Of a DNA stretch of 32,000 nucleotides, positions 1 to 6,110 are shown piece after piece. The notes beneath the pieces are model-generated. The model did no database searches. It saw only the letters and a program-made list of their open reading frames with translations, and was not told where the DNA came from. Every line of letters starts with the position of its first letter. Position 1 is the stretch's first letter. Source of the DNA: Candidatus Baldrarchaeum yapensis (lineage in GTDB: Archaea; Asgardarchaeota; Baldrarchaeia; Baldrarchaeales; Baldrarchaeaceae); the NCBI GenBank assembly GCA_016840465.1, contig JAEOSH010000009.1:1-32000 (forward strand). Reading direction: 5' to 3'. Position numbers and translations under genes: made by a program.

Positions 1-75
1 CCCACATATTTTAAAGGAAAGAATTTACATGAACTTGAGGCTTCGGTTATGTGACTAAAGTGGGGGCTGAAACAA

Positions 76-558
76 CTGGAAGCCACAATAACGATCCCGA
101 AGGAAATATATAAAGTTCTTTCTGAGATCGCTAAGAAGAGAGGAAGAAATATCGAGGATATTATTATAGAATCTGTTGCTGAACTCCTCGACCCCGAGTC
201 TAGAGTTGAAATTTACAAAAAACTCCATGAGAAATACCTTCAGGAGGCTGAGGATCTTTATAGAAAAAATGACCTCCCTCAGGCAGGTGAAAAGTACTGG
301 GGGTCCCTCATCGCACTTTTAAACGTAGTTGGTGAAAAAGAGAAACTTCCCCATTATACCCATAGAGACCTCAGGGAAATCGCGGAATTTTTAACTAAAA
401 AAACTAATGATCCCGAGTTCTCGAGATTATTCTCCAGCGCCGAGGCTCTACATGCGAATTTTTACCACAACTTTATGTCAAGACTGAGTTTCGATGCGCA
501 TAGGGAAGATCTGCTGAAACTTGTCCGGAAAATAAAGGAGTACCTAGGTAGCCGGTAA
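76..558 (+). CDS. PaREP1-family (HEPN-like) protein with N-terminal RHH/CopG-like segment, ~160 aa; missed by the ORF track
   Basis: Frame +1 is open from 55 to TAA 556-558 and reads LEATITIPKEIYKVLSEIAKKRG...QAGEKYWGS...AEALHANFYHN. The AGEKYWG and LHANFY motifs are PaREP1-like. No in-frame ATG/GTG/TTG lies near the N-terminus; CTG at 76 follows a G-rich SD-like stretch (GGGGGCTG). Confidence 0.8.
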   Translation: MEATITIPKEIYKVLSEIAKKRGRNIEDIIIESVAELLDPESRVEIYKKLHEKYLQEAEDLYRKNDLPQAGEKYWGSLIALLNVVGEKEKLPHYTHRDLREIAEFLTKKTNDPEFSRLFSSAEALHANFYHNFMSRLSFDAHREDLLKLVRKIKEYLGSR

Positions 559-701
559 AAGCCGCCTTAATACTCCATTTTCCTCATTTTCCTAAACGCC
601 TTATGAGAAGGTAAGATAAAGAAAACACTCTTAAGAAGAGCCATTTGCATTGTGCAAAAACTAGAGAAATCAGAGAGATTTTTGAGAATAAAGCACAGAA
701 T

Positions 702-723
702 ACCGATTAATCGATTAATCGGT
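702..723. promoter_or_regulatory. Perfect 22-bp palindrome ACCGATTAATCGATTAATCGGT, candidate operator
   Basis: It is its own reverse complement and contains CGATTAAT twice in tandem. It is intergenic, ~80 bp upstream of the SWIM gene. The sequence is certain; the function is inferred. Confidence 0.5.
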
Positions 724-800
724 GTTTCCCATCCTGAATTTATGTATTTATTGGGTTTCCATCTTCTTAATTCTTTTATCCCAGTATCTCGTAAGAAAGT

Positions 801-1676
801 TTGGGAATGGTGGTAAAGGTGCAAACACCCACGGACTCGAAATTTGCAATCCTAAAGATCGAAACAAAAAGTTATGGCACCGTTTACACGACCGCAGATC
901 GTTACCTTAGAGCGAAACTCATGCAGAAGTGGAATTTCCAGGTAAAGGAGTTACCGGGTAAACGCGTGAAGATAGAGTATGATAGAATGAGCGGTCCTCC
1001 TAGGGTGCAGGAGCACAAGATGCACATTATTGATACGACGAATCTGACGTGTGATTGTGAGGATTGGGTTTTCCGCTGGGAAAAGGTGAGGAACCTGAGG
1101 TTTAAGTGTCAGCATGTTATCGCGTACCTGATATACAAGGGAGAAGTCAAGAGAGTATCGGCGGTCGGCAAGGGGCAAATGCTTCTTTTCCCGCATGAGG
1201 AGGTCTCGATGGAGAAAATCGTCTGGAGGCAGGCGCCCGACGAGATGGTTGTGAACCTCGGAAAGCTCGACATCGAGGGGGAGTTCACGCTACTCGAATA
1301 TCCTGATGGAAGTTTCCGCTTAGTGCTCCTGACGGGTAAGGAGAGGTACTTGATACTTCATCTCAAAGATCGCGGGTTCTTTGAAGGAAGACCAACACGC
1401 GTTTTGTCGTATGGGTTGTTCTCTCAAAATGTGCCGCATTTTTGGAAATTGAAGGAACTTGAGGAAAGAGGAAAATGCAAGATTGTAGCAAGAGGTAGAT
1501 ATCAGCTAAGAGAGGGAAGACTGACGTTACGAATAGAAGAAAGATTCGTCGAGAGAGAACTTCCCTCGATCCTCGAGTTCGATCTCACTTTTAAGGGATA
1601 CCGGAGATACATCTCGAAGGTGTACGGGCCCAGTATCAGGCCTGTTTACGTTCTGATTCCTCTCGCTTGCAACTAA
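801..1676 (+). CDS. SWIM zinc-finger protein with a C-terminal beta-rich domain of unknown function (possibly two fused genes)
   Basis: CDCEDW...KCQH fits the SWIM CxC-xn-CxH motif. An internal SD GAGGAGGT (1197-1204) precedes an in-frame ATG at 1209. Confidence 0.75.
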   Translation: MGMVVKVQTPTDSKFAILKIETKSYGTVYTTADRYLRAKLMQKWNFQVKELPGKRVKIEYDRMSGPPRVQEHKMHIIDTTNLTCDCEDWVFRWEKVRNLRFKCQHVIAYLIYKGEVKRVSAVGKGQMLLFPHEEVSMEKIVWRQAPDEMVVNLGKLDIEGEFTLLEYPDGSFRLVLLTGKERYLILHLKDRGFFEGRPTRVLSYGLFSQNVPHFWKLKELEERGKCKIVARGRYQLREGRLTLRIEERFVERELPSILEFDLTFKGYRRYISKVYGPSIRPVYVLIPLACN

Positions 1677-1688
1677 TGATACTTGTTT

Positions 1689-2273
1689 TCACTTAACATC
1701 TACTCGTTCAACTAAAAGCCTAATCAATAGCTTTCTTAGGAGATCGACGCCCGATTTTTCCTCCAATCGTTTAATATTTCTCAATTCTATGAGTACGATG
1801 ACCAGTAACAGCGTTCCAAAGATCACGTGCATCACTATCGATGCGAGACGCCAGTTCCCGAACAGCACTAATATGTCCACGCTTTCGCTCGTAAATGGCC
1901 ACAGGAGGGGATTATATGCGTGATGAAACAGATCAACAAATACGTGAAGAAGTGCGCCTATCTCGGCGGATACTAGGAAGTTCAAAGATTGCTTCTCCTC
2001 GAATCTTACATTGAGAAGTTTTTCTACAAACAACCCGTAAAATGGTAGTGCTATTGCCGCGATAATCCATGAGAAAAGAAGACAACCCACAATACTGTGG
2101 AGCACAAGCCTATCGTGAGGGTACTCGAAGCCTATGAGCAGAAGCACCGGCACCTCTATGTCAGGAAGGAAACTTCCTACCACAAGACCTGTTAAACTTA
2201 ATCTTCCTCTGCCAGCCCTATTGAGGATGTATGCTACAGGGTAATGGAGCGGGGTTGCCACCACTGCGACCAT
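1689..2273 (-). CDS. Membrane-bound putative metal-dependent hydrolase (DUF4184/YdjM-like)
   Basis: Contains PLH...VGSFLPDIE...LHS...LHVFVDLFHH...LLWPF with several hydrophobic helices. Confidence 0.75.
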   Translation of the reverse strand: MVAVVATPLHYPVAYILNRAGRGRLSLTGLVVGSFLPDIEVPVLLLIGFEYPHDRLVLHSIVGCLLFSWIIAAIALPFYGLFVEKLLNVRFEEKQSLNFLVSAEIGALLHVFVDLFHHAYNPLLWPFTSESVDILVLFGNWRLASIVMHVIFGTLLLVIVLIELRNIKRLEEKSGVDLLRKLLIRLLVERVDVK

Positions 2274-2574
2274 CTCATGCCATTTTGTTTCTTTTTTGAG
2301 GAATAATACCCCAAAAGCTTACCTGAGGTATACGGCATCTTGAAAAACATTAATTTAGAGACTATCACTTCACAGCAATCGCATAACCCCTGCAGAAGGT
2401 TTAACTTGTAAACGGAGAGAAGTTCCTAAAGTTAGCCGGCGTACTTTTTGTGTCCACGCGTTTATACACGTATGTTCGAGAACGATGCAAAGACGTGATT
2501 TTGAGAAATGACCGCTTTTAAATATGAGATTTCGAACTATTCATGATGTACACCATTGATCCCTAATCGTTAGA

Positions 2575-3720
2575 TTGTTAGAGGTGGTTAGGTTGGTCAG
2601 CATCCACGAAGTCAAAGTGGGAATTCCTGGAACCACGGTCCCTCCTTTTGATGATGTAATAAAAAATGCGAAGAGAGCAGAAAAGTGGGGCTATGATTCC
2701 GTATGGTGGCCCGACCACTTAATGGGATGGGTTCCCGATGTTATATGGACGACAGAGTTCACTCAGATGGTTCTACGAGTGAAGAGCCCCCATATATTTC
2801 TTGAGCCGCTCACGACAATTGCCGCTGTTGCAATGAGTACTTCTAAGATCCTTCTAGGGACCTGCGTGACGGAGTGCTTCAGAAGGCATCCGGCGATGCT
2901 CGCACAGGCAGTCCTCACACTTGACCATATTTCTAAGGGAAGAGTGATTCTGGGAATGGGAGCGGGAGAGGCGGAAAACATAGAGCCATACGGGTTACGC
3001 TTTGAAAAGCCCGCCTCTAGGCTTGAGGAGGCAGTTAAACTGATAAAGACTCTATGGCATTCTAAGGGGAAAATAAAATTTGACGGTAAATTTTGGAAAC
3101 TTGAAAATGCTGTGTTCGATTTAGAACCGTATGAAGAAGGAAAATATCCTCCAATATGGATCGGGGCACACGGAAGGCGCATGCTTGAGATTACCGGGCG
3201 ATTGGGAGATGGATGGATACCCGCCTGTGTTCCGGTGGACGAGTATGGCGAGATGCTGAAGATCATAAAAGACTCCGCAAAACGGGCCGGAAGAGATCCA
3301 GACGAAATTACACCCGCCCTCTTCACGTACGTCGTCATAGACAGAGAGCACGAGGAGTGTCATCGCATTTTCAGGAGCCCCATTATGAAGGCGTGGGCAC
3401 TGACGGCCCCCGACTGGTTGTATGAGAAACTCGGATATACTCACCCCTTTGGGAAAGGATTTAATCCACTGACGCAGTACATCCCGACAAAATACACACG
3501 TGAAGAAGTGATCAGGGCATTGGAGAAGGTTCCGGAGGAGGTGTGCGAGCACTTCTTCTTACATGGGACTCCCGACGAAGTCATCAAGAAGATAGAGGAG
3601 TATGCAAAACTGGGGCTGAGACACATTGTTATGTGGAACATTACGTACTTTGGTGACTTCAATAAGGTCCGCTCATCATTTGAGTGTATGGCAGAAGTTC
3701 TTAGATACATAAAGGGATGA
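2575..3720 (+). CDS. LLM-class (luciferase-like) flavin/F420-dependent oxidoreductase
   Basis: Motifs WWPDH, RRHPAMLAQAVLTLDHISKGRVILGMGAGE, IWIGAHG, GDGWIP and GTPDEV. The start may be TTG 2593 after SD GAGGTGG. Confidence 0.9.
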   Translation: MLEVVRLVSIHEVKVGIPGTTVPPFDDVIKNAKRAEKWGYDSVWWPDHLMGWVPDVIWTTEFTQMVLRVKSPHIFLEPLTTIAAVAMSTSKILLGTCVTECFRRHPAMLAQAVLTLDHISKGRVILGMGAGEAENIEPYGLRFEKPASRLEEAVKLIKTLWHSKGKIKFDGKFWKLENAVFDLEPYEEGKYPPIWIGAHGRRMLEITGRLGDGWIPACVPVDEYGEMLKIIKDSAKRAGRDPDEITPALFTYVVIDREHEECHRIFRSPIMKAWALTAPDWLYEKLGYTHPFGKGFNPLTQYIPTKYTREEVIRALEKVPEEVCEHFFLHGTPDEVIKKIEEYAKLGLRHIVMWNITYFGDFNKVRSSFECMAEVLRYIKG

Positions 3721-3752
3721 TGAATTCCGCCACATTTCTGCGCGGAGATATT

Positions 3753-3959
3753 TCATATTTCGAATATCCTCGGGCGTCCCGGACGGTAGGGATGCCTCGG
3801 TTTGATAATATCCTCAGGGGACCTTTCAACTGGTGGCTGAAGCGGGCGTCTCATGACCACGACCGGCTGACGCTCCATGCATCTTGCACAGTAAATGCTT
3901 CCGTTTGTTCCTATCTTGAAGGTGTCATTCCCACATTTTATGCACTTAAACCACGTCAT
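3753..3959 (-). CDS. Small zinc-ribbon protein with Pro/Arg-rich tail, 68 aa
   Basis: MTWFKCIKCGNDTFKIGTNGSIYCARC has two CxxC pairs. A minus-strand TTTTATAA box lies at 3992-3999, ~33 nt upstream of ATG 3959. Confidence 0.6.
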   Translation of the reverse strand: MTWFKCIKCGNDTFKIGTNGSIYCARCMERQPVVVMRRPLQPPVERSPEDIIKPRHPYRPGRPRIFEI

Positions 3960-4046
3960 GTTTTGCACCAATATTATTTTCTTTTTTTCCGTTATAAAAT
4001 TTTAGAAAAAGTTGAAGATTTGGAAATCGTGTTTGGTGAGATGTGC

Positions 4047-4688
4047 CTACGGTTTGGAGGTTTTAGATGTTCCATGGGAGTATAGCACGGGGATTGGCAC
4101 AAAATGCTTATTCATGAATTCTAAGAACCCGTTGTTTCCTATTAATGCCCCTGCCAGCGTTCCTATTATTGCGATCTCAACCCATGCTTTCGCGATGACC
4201 ATTACGCAAATAGCGATAGCCACGTTAAGCGGCAGTCCGAATATCTGTGGCAATAGCACTAGGAAGTACATTATTGTGAACAACATCTCCGGAATGTAGG
4301 ATAACAAGACTATAAGTGCCGCCATCAGCGATTTGTTGTTCCGCTCCAGTACATTCATCGTTTTAAATAGGATCCCCGCTGTCGCCCCGGTTAATGCCTT
4401 TCCGATCGGTAGACAAAGCAAAGCCACCACTCCGGCACCTCCAACTACATATCCGAACCATATTCCTGGCAAGATTCCAACAATTGCACCCGCAACCGCG
4501 CCTGCTAGCGGCCCACCGAGCATTGCAGCAATTATTGTACCCACATGAGATAGATCGATAGATATTCCTACTAAGCCTCCTGTCACGGTTAACAGAGGCG
4601 CTGACAACGCGAATAGTACGTTCCCGAGCGCGCCCATCATCGCAATGAATGCCACAAACTTGGATCGCAACATTTTATACTCTTGCAC
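4047..4688 (-). CDS. ECF transporter S component (substrate unknown)
   Basis: About six hydrophobic helices and the motif IDLSHVGTIIAAMLGGPLAGAVAG. Confidence 0.75.
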   Translation of the reverse strand: MQEYKMLRSKFVAFIAMMGALGNVLFALSAPLLTVTGGLVGISIDLSHVGTIIAAMLGGPLAGAVAGAIVGILPGIWFGYVVGGAGVVALLCLPIGKALTGATAGILFKTMNVLERNNKSLMAALIVLLSYIPEMLFTIMYFLVLLPQIFGLPLNVAIAICVMVIAKAWVEIAIIGTLAGALIGNNGFLEFMNKHFVPIPVLYSHGTSKTSKP

Positions 4689-4782
4689 TGGTTACACCTC
4701 CTCCGGAGCGTGCACTAATCCTTAGAATTGTTTTCCTTAAATAAGTTGCTACTCAGAAATGAGAAAGTGATCTTGACATACG

Positions 4783-5694
4783 TCACCTCCAGAAGTGCGC
4801 AACTATGAGACCCTTTTCTTCCCTTAGAATGCCAGATAGGCTATATTTTGAGGCCGCACTGAGAATTTCATCCGCCGAAAATAGCACTTTGAAGTTATAG
4901 CTTGATAATACGTTTGAGAAATACTGTATCCATATATTGTCGGTTGACTTTGTCAGCACGAGAAACACCTGTGCATTTTCATCAAGCCGCTTGAAAAGCT
5001 GTTCGAGTGGCATGCTTACTTGCGGTGGCTTCAATACGCATATTATTGTGGAAAATTTCATGTTTGGGAGTGAGGAGTGATACTTGGCGGCACCTTCGAG
5101 GTATCTTTCCATAACTCGAAGTATTTTTGTTATTCCCGGGAGCATATTTGATATTGCGGGTATCTCTACTAATACGTGTAATTCACTTTCGGGAAATCTC
5201 CTTATAAGCCAACGTGCTAGTGATAATGGAAAAATCGCACTACATAGAACCCTATCTCCCTTGCTTATTTTTATGTCCGAGAGCAATGCCTCCCAGAAAC
5301 CTTGGAAATTGGACCAGAGGTTTTCGAGGGGCGACAGGAGGTATATATCCAGCAGTTTCTTAAGTTCGTTCCATCCCTTATCTGTCAGGTAATATAACCT
5401 CTTTTTCCTCTTTCCCTTCTTCACCCACTCTCCCTTTATGTAACCTCGGGCCTCAAGCTTCCGTAGCGTTGGATAAAGCATTCCCGAACTGAGTTCATGT
5501 CCCCTGAGTTCTTTAAACGCTTTTTTCAACTCGTAGCCGTGGAGGGGTCGGTCGGTCAGCATGAGGAGTATTTGGAGTTGGAAAAGGCCAAGTTCGGTGA
5601 CCTTGAAGATGTTTGTGGCCATGCGCGTGCGCTCCATCGATTCTTTAATTTCCCATTGGAGGAGTAGATATCTCTTACAATCTTGATTTTTCAT
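4783..5694 (-). CDS. PadR-family transcriptional regulator with a large C-terminal domain
   Basis: The PadR winged helix reads LLMLTDRPLHGYEL...SGMLYPTLRKLEARGYI...RKKRLYYLTDKG. The true start is probably ATG 5637 or 5622. Confidence 0.85.
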   Translation of the reverse strand: MKNQDCKRYLLLQWEIKESMERTRMATNIFKVTELGLFQLQILLMLTDRPLHGYELKKAFKELRGHELSSGMLYPTLRKLEARGYIKGEWVKKGKRKKRLYYLTDKGWNELKKLLDIYLLSPLENLWSNFQGFWEALLSDIKISKGDRVLCSAIFPLSLARWLIRRFPESELHVLVEIPAISNMLPGITKILRVMERYLEGAAKYHSSLPNMKFSTIICVLKPPQVSMPLEQLFKRLDENAQVFLVLTKSTDNIWIQYFSNVLSSYNFKVLFSADEILSAASKYSLSGILREEKGLIVAHFWR

Positions 5695-5848
5695 TTCTTC
5701 TTTTTAAGTATATATTTCACTTAGATTTTCGCGATTTGTTATCTCCTTGAAGACCGGGTGACATATGGAAAGCGAAAGTGCGATGCTCGTCTGGCGTGTT
5801 CCTACTAGTTAGCGACTTAAGAAATAGATATAAGGGCGCAGAGGTTAA

Positions 5849-6097
5849 ATGAAGCCGGGGATCAGGTTGGAAGAAGTCGAGGCATATGTGCTAATAGTCG
5901 TGAGCGCGGGGTCCGAGCAGGACGTCTTGGAGAAACTCAGAAATATAAATGGAGTTCAGAAGGCAAGGATAACGTACGGTCCTTGGGACATCGTCGTCGA
6001 GTTGCGGACGAATAACATGCAGGACATGTATAAGGCGATCACGGAAATCCGAAGAATACCCGAGGTTGAGCACACCGAGACCCTAATTTGCGCGTGA
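5849..6097 (+). CDS. Stand-alone Lrp/AsnC ligand-binding (RAM) domain protein
   Basis: AYVLIVV...ITYGPWDIVVEL...IRRIPEVEHTETLI, 82 aa, with no HTH. Confidence 0.85.
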   Translation: MKPGIRLEEVEAYVLIVVSAGSEQDVLEKLRNINGVQKARITYGPWDIVVELRTNNMQDMYKAITEIRRIPEVEHTETLICA

Positions 6098-6110
6098 TAT
6101 CGGGAGATTA

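Noticed and set aside
1-54. Open frame PTYFKGKNLHELEASVM* at the left edge
   Set aside because: It could be the 3' end of an upstream gene, but 17 codons give no recognisable evidence.
567-910. ORFs 567-824 (-) and 722-910 (+)
   Set aside because: No motifs, they overlap the SWIM gene start, and they span AT-rich promoter-like DNA containing the palindrome.
3717-4299. ORFs 3717-4085 (+) and 4012-4299 (+)
   Set aside because: They are antisense to the better-supported zinc-ribbon and ECF-S genes and have no family features.
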